This document shows positions 30,245 through 38,779 of a stretch of DNA of 64,000 bases, in pieces (the first letter of the stretch is position 1; every line of letters starts with the position of its first letter). Source of the DNA: Dyadobacter sp. 50-39 (lineage in GTDB: Bacteria; Bacteroidota; Bacteroidia; Cytophagales; Spirosomataceae). Both the position numbers and the translations under genes were made by a program. The stretch covers positions 61,894 to 125,893 of the forward strand of contig NZ_MKSR01000023.1 of assembly GCF_001898145.1 (NCBI RefSeq), given 5' to 3'. The notes beneath the pieces are model-generated. The model was not told the origin of the DNA. It made no database searches and saw only the letters and a list, made by a program, of their open reading frames with translations.

Positions 30245-31603
30245 TTACAGAACCGACTTATTATCCGTTAAAAACACCCGCGTACTTTCCGTGTACAGTT
30301 GCCCTTGCGGTGTTTTGTATTTCAAATCCACGTAAAAAGCGCGGAAACCGCTTGCAGGTAATTCCGCGGTCACTTTCACGTCGGACTTTTGACTTATTTT
30401 CAGACTTTGGGCAGTCCAGGTATCATTGCGCAGATCCTGGTCCGGCGAGTTGGCCGACCACAAAATCACATCCACCAATGCATCCGGTGTAGCTTTAATG
30501 TCCAGGTTCACCTTCCGGTTGGAGACCGACTGGCTCCATTTGCATTCAGCATAGGGCCGCTTGTTGATCGTCGCGCCGAAGAATGCGCTCAATGCTTCCA
30601 TAGCCTGCTTACCGTCGCCCAGGTCGTGACCGGCGTTCGGTACATAATGCAGCATGTTTTTACCGGGGATCTTGTCGAGGTAATTTTTGATATTGTCCAC
30701 CACCCAGTATTCATCGTTCGTTCCCATAAAAATCATCTTGGGCATTGTGAGCTTGGCGCGGTAGGAATACGGGTCTATCATCGCAGTGATGGCCTGGCCG
30801 TCGGGTGAGCCGGTCGACTGGGGAATGCCGAGCTTCACATAGTCCTCGATCTGGACGCTGTAATCGCCCCATGATTTGATCTGGTAGTCGAGGCTCACGG
30901 GCATATTCAGCACATCGATCACCATCGGCGCGATCGCCTCCACGCGTTTGTCGCTGGCGCCTGTGAGCCAGGTAGTCCATCCGCGCTTCGAAGCCCCCGT
31001 CACCACGAAGCTATTGACGGTATGCTTCAATTCCTTTTGGGAAAACTGCTGCACGGCGTCCATCGCCTTCACGGCACTCTTCACCATCGGGAAGAGCAGC
31101 GGCCAGGTATAGTCCTTGTCTTTTTTGAAATTGTGCAGGGTGTAGGAGATCAACGCATCCTCGGTGAGGTCACCGAAGAATGGCTGGTTAGGGGTTTGTT
31201 TCAGCAAGGCTACGATGGCCTGGTTCGTGGTAGCCACCGCGCCGAGCGACGCATACATTTTTTCATCTTTTTTGCTGTTCCAATTGGGCTGCCCGTTGGC
31301 GTTGGAACCGCCTGTGATGAAAAGTAACGCGTCGTCGTGCCGGTTCTCTTTCGGGACGATCAAGGTCATCTGGTGCGTCCAGGTGAACTCGCGCCATTTC
31401 TGGGAAGTGAGCAGGATCTGGTAAAATGTCAGATCATCCCGCTTGAACGTTTCTTTCAGCTCCCATTTAAAAGTCTTGTCGCCATTATTGAGGTAACTTT
31501 CCAATGCATTTTCAGGTGTTACCTTTTGTGCATTCGTAAAAACCACGGCTGCGACGGCCAGCAACATGGCGGAAACGGACCTGGCGGCTATTTTCAAAAA
31601 CAT
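30245..31603 (-). CDS. PhoPQ-activated pathogenicity-related (PqaA-like) alpha/beta-hydrolase family protein
   Basis: It has a signal peptide, a nucleophile-elbow-like GASKRGWTTWL and a late GHDLG. The family assignment is from memory of the PqaA-type family. Confidence 0.55.
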   Translation of the reverse strand: MFLKIAARSVSAMLLAVAAVVFTNAQKVTPENALESYLNNGDKTFKWELKETFKRDDLTFYQILLTSQKWREFTWTHQMTLIVPKENRHDDALLFITGGSNANGQPNWNSKKDEKMYASLGAVATTNQAIVALLKQTPNQPFFGDLTEDALISYTLHNFKKDKDYTWPLLFPMVKSAVKAMDAVQQFSQKELKHTVNSFVVTGASKRGWTTWLTGASDKRVEAIAPMVIDVLNMPVSLDYQIKSWGDYSVQIEDYVKLGIPQSTGSPDGQAITAMIDPYSYRAKLTMPKMIFMGTNDEYWVVDNIKNYLDKIPGKNMLHYVPNAGHDLGDGKQAMEALSAFFGATINKRPYAECKWSQSVSNRKVNLDIKATPDALVDVILWSANSPDQDLRNDTWTAQSLKISQKSDVKVTAELPASGFRAFYVDLKYKTPQGQLYTESTRVFLTDNKSVL

Positions 31604-31633
31604 GATCTCGCTTATTTGAGTGGACGAATTGGT

Positions 31634-32929
31634 TTATTTGGCCGCAGCCGGTAAAGGCGAAGCCGGTATGGGCGCAGGGCTGTCTTTGATTAATTTCAAT
31701 GCCTGCTCGATAAATATTTCGCCTGTCATTTCACCCAGGCTTGTACGGCTCACATAGTCATATCTTTTAAAACTGTTGAAATCAACCTTGGTGAGCATGT
31801 AGCCGAACGCATCGTTCGTCAGGCCGAAGAGGAACGGCTGTCTGGTGTTCATATGTCTTTTGACATAGTAACCGATATTGGGCAACGCTTCGCCCGGGAT
31901 AGTGAGTACCTGGGCCGTGCCGATGTTGAGCAGATTGAGCCTCGTCACGATCCGGTTGTCGCCCGCCATTTCATTTTTAACAGGGGATTTTTGAAGGATA
32001 AAACGCATGATCTCCGAATCGACCGGAAATTCAATGCTGCGCGAAACGCAATAGATTTCCGGATTTTCCTGCAAAGCAGCATCTTTTACAATTCGCAATG
32101 CCTCGTCGGCCAGCAGTTCACCGATTCTTTTGCATTCATTCCAGTCATTGGCTTCCTTCCCGTTTTCGGTACGGTTGTCGGCCGTGACCATGCCGCCCTG
32201 GGCGCCATTCATAAAAATAGCCGTTCCGCCCCCCTGCGCTTCGATCCGGTCGTACAACGGTCCGCAAAGGTCAGGGCTCAGAATCCCCCTGCCCGACCCG
32301 ATCACCTCCGGGTGGATCGCGTAGTTGACCAATGTAGCAATGGGCTTGCCTTTACGGGCTTCCGCGGTAGCCACTGCCTGAATCACCCCGCAGCGCGGGT
32401 CATAAAGCTGGTCGGCGTAATAATTGTATGCGATCTTGCCCTTGGCATCGCCCACCGCAATTTTCAACGAAGCATCTTCCAGCTTGCTTACCGCTTCATT
32501 CACGGCGTCGGCGATTTGCTGCACGCAGCGGTCAAGGTAAGCCATGTCGGCAAACGACTCACCCTTTTCGTTCGGGAAGCCGTAGGCGTCGGGCCCGCTA
32601 TGCGTGTGCGTAGCGCCTATCAGCACATTCTCAGGCGCAATGCCTTTGATGAGCTTCCTCGATCTATTTCCCAATGCAGCCGGCCAGCCAAGGTTGTCCA
32701 CATTGACAATGGCGATCCGTACCGAACCCTTTTCCATTACCAATGCCCTTGCATACAGCTCCCCATTTTTCTGCGTCGCTTTTTTGGGCGTACCAATGCC
32801 GCCCGAAACCGGCAACAGCGGATCGGGCGTGATCACCCGCACAGCCGCCGCAGCCCTGAAGTGCTGCCCTACCGACACCTCACTCAGCAAAAGACAGAAA
32901 CAGCAGAAGAAAATGGCCCTGGCTTTCAT
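31634..32929 (-). CDS. neutral/alkaline ceramidase N-terminal-domain-like hydrolase (secreted)
   Basis: It has a signal peptide and the Zn-site-like motif IGATHTHSGPDAYG. At 431 aa it is shorter than classical bacterial ceramidases. Confidence 0.55.
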   Translation of the reverse strand: MKARAIFFCCFCLLLSEVSVGQHFRAAAAVRVITPDPLLPVSGGIGTPKKATQKNGELYARALVMEKGSVRIAIVNVDNLGWPAALGNRSRKLIKGIAPENVLIGATHTHSGPDAYGFPNEKGESFADMAYLDRCVQQIADAVNEAVSKLEDASLKIAVGDAKGKIAYNYYADQLYDPRCGVIQAVATAEARKGKPIATLVNYAIHPEVIGSGRGILSPDLCGPLYDRIEAQGGGTAIFMNGAQGGMVTADNRTENGKEANDWNECKRIGELLADEALRIVKDAALQENPEIYCVSRSIEFPVDSEIMRFILQKSPVKNEMAGDNRIVTRLNLLNIGTAQVLTIPGEALPNIGYYVKRHMNTRQPFLFGLTNDAFGYMLTKVDFNSFKRYDYVSRTSLGEMTGEIFIEQALKLIKDSPAPIPASPLPAAAK

Positions 32930-33022
32930 TTTGGAATAGTTTACTGGTTAAAAAACTAAACCGGAACTGCGGGATAATCCCGACAGTCCCGGTTTTAAAT
33001 ACTCACCTTAAAACAAATGTGA

Positions 33023-34666
33023 CTACCACGGCTTGCCAGTTCCTTGTATAAGCCATTGCTTGGACCACGGGCTGTTGCCATTGTCGGCCTGCGAATAGCT
33101 GGTCACTTCCAGCTTGCTCACCGCAGCCTCTGCGTTGGTTTTGTTGATACGCAGCTCATCCTGCATATAGTAGAAGCGGAGCGGCAACACCGAGCGTTTC
33201 GCGGCCGGGCCCGCTTTCAACGCAGGCAGGCCGGTGCGGCGGAAGTCAAACCACGCTTCGGTGGCTGCGGTCCAGCTCGCGATCCATTTCTGCTCGATCA
33301 CCTGCTTCAATGTATTGTCGAAGGCAACACCCGGTGTGGCAATGTACGCGGCATATTTGTCGCCTACCGTCCACGTTTCCATCGATGCCTTCACACCTGC
33401 CTCGTAGCGGTCTTTCGCCACGCCAGCATTCCAGCCTTTTAATGCAGCTTCGGCCAGGATAAAGTTTACTTCCGCAGCCGAAATCAGCCTTGCGCGCAGC
33501 AATGGTCCCTTTGCAGCTTTGTAAATGTTGTTCAGGAACGACACGTGCGGGTTGTACGATGTCTGTCCAGGGGTCGGGTTGAGGTTGTAGGCCGATGGCA
33601 ATGCAGAGAAGCTCGGCGGCAAACCCACGTATTCAGGATCTGTGTCCACTAGCGTATTCTTCACCTTGTCAGGCGAAAGAATGCGCTTGCCATCTACGAT
33701 TTTGTCGGTTCCGGCTGGCTGTGTCGGGTCTACTACGAGGGGAATTTCCACTTTGTTGGCCCAGATCCCGAGGCGCGGGTCTTTCAACGTCTGCAATCTC
33801 TCCACCAATGTCGCACACATTTTAATGCGGCGGTAGTTGCTTCCGCTGGCGTCGCTCACGGTGTTGGCAGGCCATGAATCGGCCTCGCTATTGCCGGGGA
33901 AACCCATGATAGCGTCATCAGCATTCGATGTAATAATGGGATAATTCGCTGCATTGGCCACGATTTTTTCGATACCCGCCTTGGCTACGTCGGGCTGCTT
34001 GGCCGAAAGGCGCATATAGTAACGCAGCAAGAGCGAATTGGCCATTTTACGCCATTTGGTGGGGTCACCGCCATAGAATACATCTACATTTTCAACGATA
34101 CCAACGTAGTCTGCCTTGGGTTTTGAAAGCAATGTATTGGCTTTTTCAAGATCGGCGATAATGCCGGCATAAATCTTGTCCTGGCTGTCGAATGAGGGCA
34201 GAATGTCGGACGTTTTACCCGCTTCACCATTCAATGCGGTGGTGTAAGGTGCATCGCCCCACAAATCGGTAATAAGGCCGAACATGAACGATTTCATTAC
34301 CAACGCCACGCCTTGGTGGAACTCGAAATTCGTCTCCGTTGCACGCTTGTACACGAGGTCGTTGTTACGCAGCACATCGTAGTAGGCATTCCAGCTCTGG
34401 TCGCCGCCCCAGTCATAATCGTTATGCCCGCTCGACCAGGCATCTTTCTGCGTATGCTGAACCACACCCGCAATGTCCTGATAACCCAGGTTTACGTACA
34501 GCTTTGCGGCCTCCGTGAGCACCGTCGGCAACACCAGGTTCGGGTTTACCGACTCCGGCGTAACACCGTTCGGGTTTTCATTGAGCTCCGTCAGGTCCTT
34601 ACAGGAAAAGACCATGCATGCCAGCAGCGCCGGGATGATGACGAACTTGTTATGAAGCTTTTTCAT
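33023..34666 (-). CDS. susD: SusD/RagB family nutrient-binding outer-membrane lipoprotein
   Basis: It has a lipobox (LLACMVFSCKD) and a helical TPR-like body, and it sits 35 bp downstream of SusC. Confidence 0.85.
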   Translation of the reverse strand: MKKLHNKFVIIPALLACMVFSCKDLTELNENPNGVTPESVNPNLVLPTVLTEAAKLYVNLGYQDIAGVVQHTQKDAWSSGHNDYDWGGDQSWNAYYDVLRNNDLVYKRATETNFEFHQGVALVMKSFMFGLITDLWGDAPYTTALNGEAGKTSDILPSFDSQDKIYAGIIADLEKANTLLSKPKADYVGIVENVDVFYGGDPTKWRKMANSLLLRYYMRLSAKQPDVAKAGIEKIVANAANYPIITSNADDAIMGFPGNSEADSWPANTVSDASGSNYRRIKMCATLVERLQTLKDPRLGIWANKVEIPLVVDPTQPAGTDKIVDGKRILSPDKVKNTLVDTDPEYVGLPPSFSALPSAYNLNPTPGQTSYNPHVSFLNNIYKAAKGPLLRARLISAAEVNFILAEAALKGWNAGVAKDRYEAGVKASMETWTVGDKYAAYIATPGVAFDNTLKQVIEQKWIASWTAATEAWFDFRRTGLPALKAGPAAKRSVLPLRFYYMQDELRINKTNAEAAVSKLEVTSYSQADNGNSPWSKQWLIQGTGKPW

Positions 34667-34701
34667 GAGTGTATTTATATTAAATAAACTATATCTCTAT
34701 A

Positions 34702-37700
34702 TCAGAAAGTTAAACCAAGCTTGAAACCAAGCGGCATTACCCACGGGGTTACGTTGTAACGCTCGATACCTTGCTTGAACTGCGTACCTGCCTGCGCGTT
34801 AGACTCCTGCTGGAATGCCTGCTCGGGATCGATACCGATTTTAGCTTTGGTCCAAAGGATGATGTTGCGGCTGTAAATGGAGACATTGGCATTTTGCAAA
34901 CCGAGGCGTTTCACGAATGTGGACGGCAGGTCATAACCCAACGACACTTCACGCAGCTTGATAAACGAAGCGTCGAAAGTAGCTGCACGGGTGAAATCCC
35001 AGGGATAGTTGTCGCCGTAGGGAATGTACTTTGTGCCAGCACCGCCAAGGTTTTCGGTATAACCGGTGATTTCGCCGGCTTCGTTGTACTGTGCAATCAC
35101 ACCCGGGTTGAACACCGCGTAGTCGTAAGTATTGCCGCCATATTCAAACGGGAAGCCCCCGTATTCTTTGGTAGGACCACCGACGATATTGAATTTGTTC
35201 CCGGTAATGACCACTTTGTTGTTGTTCACCAGGTAGTTTCGAAGCTGATCGCCCGTCATACCATTCGGATTGATCAGGTTGTCGAGGAAACGCTGCGATT
35301 TCAGATCCGACTCGCCGTAGCGGTAGGTTTGCGACACGAAGTTCCCGCCCTGGCGCCAGTCGAACGACATATTGAGCGTGAAACCTTTGTAAGACAGTGA
35401 AGTCTGCAAGCCCATGATAAAGTCGGGGTTGAAGTTCCCGATCTTGTTGCGCGTTTTGCTTGCGGCGATCGACTGCCAGGAGCCATTCTCATCCAGAATA
35501 GGATAACCATAATACTGCGAGTTTTTGTCTTTGACGGTTACGATTTCCGAATCATAAATATCCCCGATCTTCTCGCCTACGTACGTCCACGCGCCACCTT
35601 TGGCGTCTGTCCAGAGCGTGTAGGAGTCGAGCCCTTCGGACAGCGATTTGATGGTGGTCCGGTTTCTCGACCAGTTTGCATTGATATCCCAGCGCCAGCC
35701 ATTTTTGTCGATCGGCGTTCCGCCCAATGTCAGTTCCAGGCCTTTGCTCACGAGCAAACCGGCGTTGATATTCATGGTAGTATATCCGCTGGCTCCCGAA
35801 ATTTTCGTCGGAATGATCTGGTTGCGGTTTTCTACCTGGTAGTAGGTAGCGGCGAACCGCACACGGTTATGGTAAAGGTTCAGATCGACACCATATTCGT
35901 AGGAAGTCGCGATCTCCGGTTTGAGGTCGGGCAGCAGGATTTGTCCTGATTTCGACAAACGCGTAATGCCATCCCAAGCACCTGCATTGCCCAACGTTGC
36001 AACGAGGCTGTACGGGTTTGTATCGTTACCCACCTGTGCCCAGCCGCCTCTCAGCTTGAACAAGCTGATCTGGTTCGCCATCGGGAACATCTCGTTCAGC
36101 AATACGCTCAACGAAGCCGACGGATAGAAGTACGACCGGTTGGCTTTCGGTAATGTACTAGACCAGTCGTTCCGGGCGGTCAGATCCAGGTAAACCATGT
36201 CCTTGAAACCGAGGTTCACCAAACCATAGGCACTAAAAACCGCCTTTTCGTACAGATAGTTGCTGTAATTGAGGTTGGCAGGAGCAATGTTTCCCAGCGT
36301 GTAGAGCCCTGGAATGATCAGGCCGGTACCATTCTTGGTCGACGAGTTCAAGTCCGTATTTTTCTGGTAACGGGTGTTTCCACCGCCGGAAACCGACACG
36401 CTCAAAGCACTGATATCACGCTTGTAGGTCAGGAGGAAGTCTGCATTACGCTCGAATCTGGACAGGTTAATCACCCCAAAACCTCCCCGGCTGTCATTGG
36501 TATAGCTGTTGCCGATCTTCGTCTGGCGCTCTTCACGGTAAGTATCCAATGCGTAGCGGCCCATTAAGCTCAAATGCGGTGTGATTTGCCAGTCGGCCTT
36601 CACGTTTCCGAAAACCCGGTCGCGAACAAAGCTGTTGTTGACCTCGTAAGCCAGGAACCATGGGTTGTTGTAAGCGCCAGGGCCTTGCGACAATTGTTTC
36701 AGACCTTCCTGCCCCGGCACCCAGTAGTTGCGCAGGTCGCGGATATCGATGTGCGGCGACACGGCATATGCCCATTGCAGCGGGTTAGTTCCGCGGTTGG
36801 TGGCTGGCCGGTTGTTTGAATTGTTTCTGCTCAGGTCAATGTTCGTACTGACGGTCAACTTCTTATGCAGCCGCACGGTTGAGTTCACGCTGAGCGAATT
36901 GCGGAACAGATCCGAGTTCGGGATAATGCCGCGGTTCGACATATTCGAGTAAGACAACCGGTAGGTAACCAGGTCATTGCTGTTGGAAAGTGACACGCCG
37001 TTCGTCGTGGTAATGCCGGTGCGAACGAAGTTCTTCACATTGTCCGGATGTGAAATCAGCTCAGTCGGGATAGGATTGCCGTTCGCGTCTTTCGGGCTGT
37101 TCCACTGGATCGCTTTGTAGCCTTTATCCAGTTCCGGCCCTACGCCGCCTGCCGAACCTTCATCGATTTGCAGCACGCCGCCGGGGTACGGGTTATTGTC
37201 GGGTGTAAATGGAAGGATACCTGTCGCAAATTTGTGGTGCATGTTCAGGTATTTGTAAGGTTTGTCGAAAACTGTACTGGAATTGACTGAAACCGTCATT
37301 TTCTTCGCTTTACTACCACTTTTTGTGGTAATGAGCACAACGCCGTGGCCTGCACGTGAGCCGTAAAGTGCGGCGGCATTGGGGCCTTTCAGAATGGAAA
37401 CGCTCTCCACATCGTCCGGGTTAATGCTGGAAATCGCATTACCATAGTCGACGCGGTTATCGTTACCTACCTGGCTTACGTTGTTCAATGTGTTGGCAAT
37501 GGGCACACCGTCTACCACAAACAGCGGCTGGTTGTCATTACTGAGCGAGGTCGCGCCGCGGATGATCATACTCACCGACGAACCCGTGCCGCCCGTGGAG
37601 CTGATCGTCACCCCCGGAACCTTGCCCGACAGCGAGTTGAGCACGTTTTCCTGCGCTACCCGGCTGATGTCCTTGCCCTGCACTTCCGCTACCGCATATC

Positions 37701-38121
37701 CCAGCGAACGTTTTTCGCGAGAAAGGCCCAATGCCGTTATCACAGTTTCACCGAGCGTTTCGACGCCTTCCGCAAGGTCGACATTGATTACCGATTGGTT
37801 TCCAACAGTCACTTCCTGGGTTTCGTGGCCGATGTAGGAGAACACCAGCACGGCAGTGGAAGGGTCTACGACATTAATAGAGTAATTACCGGTTGCGTCT
37901 GTTGACGTGCCGATCTGGGAGCCCTTCACGATGATGCTCACGCCGGGAAGTGCTGCCCCATCTATTTTGGAAGTAACTTTTCCTTTGATGGTCTTATCGA
38001 AAATTTTCCCCGCGAACGCCGGGCCGACGAGGAAAACAGCCACGAAAATGCATAGAAGCAACCTTCGCAGGCTAGCAGTAGAATTTGGATCCATAGTTTT
38101 TGTGTTTAAGGTGACGGGCAC
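34702..38121 (-). CDS. susC: SusC/RagA family TonB-linked outer-membrane transporter
   Basis: It has a carboxypeptidase-regulatory-like N-domain (KGKVTSKIDGAALPGVSIIVKG...TGNYSINV), a plug domain, a large barrel and a terminal F. No STN domain is present. An alternative start is the ATG at 38094. Confidence 0.9.
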   Translation of the reverse strand: MPVTLNTKTMDPNSTASLRRLLLCIFVAVFLVGPAFAGKIFDKTIKGKVTSKIDGAALPGVSIIVKGSQIGTSTDATGNYSINVVDPSTAVLVFSYIGHETQEVTVGNQSVINVDLAEGVETLGETVITALGLSREKRSLGYAVAEVQGKDISRVAQENVLNSLSGKVPGVTISSTGGTGSSVSMIIRGATSLSNDNQPLFVVDGVPIANTLNNVSQVGNDNRVDYGNAISSINPDDVESVSILKGPNAAALYGSRAGHGVVLITTKSGSKAKKMTVSVNSSTVFDKPYKYLNMHHKFATGILPFTPDNNPYPGGVLQIDEGSAGGVGPELDKGYKAIQWNSPKDANGNPIPTELISHPDNVKNFVRTGITTTNGVSLSNSNDLVTYRLSYSNMSNRGIIPNSDLFRNSLSVNSTVRLHKKLTVSTNIDLSRNNSNNRPATNRGTNPLQWAYAVSPHIDIRDLRNYWVPGQEGLKQLSQGPGAYNNPWFLAYEVNNSFVRDRVFGNVKADWQITPHLSLMGRYALDTYREERQTKIGNSYTNDSRGGFGVINLSRFERNADFLLTYKRDISALSVSVSGGGNTRYQKNTDLNSSTKNGTGLIIPGLYTLGNIAPANLNYSNYLYEKAVFSAYGLVNLGFKDMVYLDLTARNDWSSTLPKANRSYFYPSASLSVLLNEMFPMANQISLFKLRGGWAQVGNDTNPYSLVATLGNAGAWDGITRLSKSGQILLPDLKPEIATSYEYGVDLNLYHNRVRFAATYYQVENRNQIIPTKISGASGYTTMNINAGLLVSKGLELTLGGTPIDKNGWRWDINANWSRNRTTIKSLSEGLDSYTLWTDAKGGAWTYVGEKIGDIYDSEIVTVKDKNSQYYGYPILDENGSWQSIAASKTRNKIGNFNPDFIMGLQTSLSYKGFTLNMSFDWRQGGNFVSQTYRYGESDLKSQRFLDNLINPNGMTGDQLRNYLVNNNKVVITGNKFNIVGGPTKEYGGFPFEYGGNTYDYAVFNPGVIAQYNEAGEITGYTENLGGAGTKYIPYGDNYPWDFTRAATFDASFIKLREVSLGYDLPSTFVKRLGLQNANVSIYSRNIILWTKAKIGIDPEQAFQQESNAQAGTQFKQGIERYNVTPWVMPLGFKLGLTF

Positions 38122-38387
38122 TGTTCATGATACTGGGAAATAGAGTTTATGTTAAAAAATGAGAACACGACAGACTTATATAATCCGTGTCAGGGTATTA
38201 ATAACATTGGTATCAGGTGAGTAGCGGATCACCTTCCGCCAGGCATTGCCTACGGAAGAAAACTTCTTGAAATCCTGCTCACATTACTAGGGATGGTGTC
38301 TTTTGGGCTATTCTTACGGATCTGACTTTTTATTTCTGAACAAACTTTGAATAGAGGAGAGTGAGTAGTTGTAATACCTGTAATCTG

Positions 38388-38585
38388 CTACGAGTCTTTC
38401 TGCCCGGCCTCGCCGTTGGGCCGGTTTTCCTTCAACAAACGGTTGAAATAAATTTCGAGGGCGTCGGAGTAGGTTTTACCCCTGTCGTCATCAGAAATCC
38501 CTGCAAGCAATTCCGCCAATTCGTCCTCGGATATCTTATTGCTGATTAGCTTGTTAATCAATATTTCAGCCCGGGAGAATGACAT
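38388..38585 (-). CDS. 65-aa ORF resembling only the N-terminal cytoplasmic segment of FecR-type anti-sigma factors
   Basis: The sequence is MSFSRAEILINKLISNKISEDELAELLAGISDD.... It has no TM segment or periplasmic domain, and no ECF sigma gene is adjacent. It may be a remnant or may not be expressed. Confidence 0.3.
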   Translation of the reverse strand: MSFSRAEILINKLISNKISEDELAELLAGISDDDRGKTYSDALEIYFNRLLKENRPNGEAGQKDS

Positions 38586-38720
38586 GGTGTTAGTTAGTTT
38601 TGATATGTGACAAGGATACTCGCAAACCTGCACAACAGACTACTACCCTCACCCGGATTTTTCAAGCCGTACCGCTCCTTTTTTCCAAAACCAAAAGCCT
38701 GTAAAATTTTCAGCATTCGC

Positions 38721-38750
38721 TTGCGAAACAGGAAAACCGCATTATGTTTG
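38721..38750 (+). promoter_or_regulatory. candidate Bacteroidota sigma-A promoter for the TonB-dependent receptor
   Basis: TTG (38721-38723), 19 nt, then TATGTTTG (38743-38750) matches TTG-N19-TAnnTTTG. It lies about 30 nt upstream of the ATG at 38780. Confidence 0.4.
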
Positions 38751-38763
38751 TATTTTTATTTAG

Positions 38764-38779
38764 ATTATTTACAAATAAT
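38764..38779. promoter_or_regulatory. AT-rich palindrome ATTATTT-AC-AAATAAT abutting the receptor start codon (Fur-like operator candidate)
   Basis: It is a perfect 7+7 inverted repeat read directly from the sequence. It lies between the candidate promoter and the ATG. Confidence 0.3.

Noticed and set aside
31853-32959. A 368-aa plus-strand ORF overlaps the ceramidase-like gene.
   Set aside because: It is a shadow ORF opposite a well-formed secreted-enzyme gene that fits the operon spacing. Its composition is arginine-rich and low in complexity.
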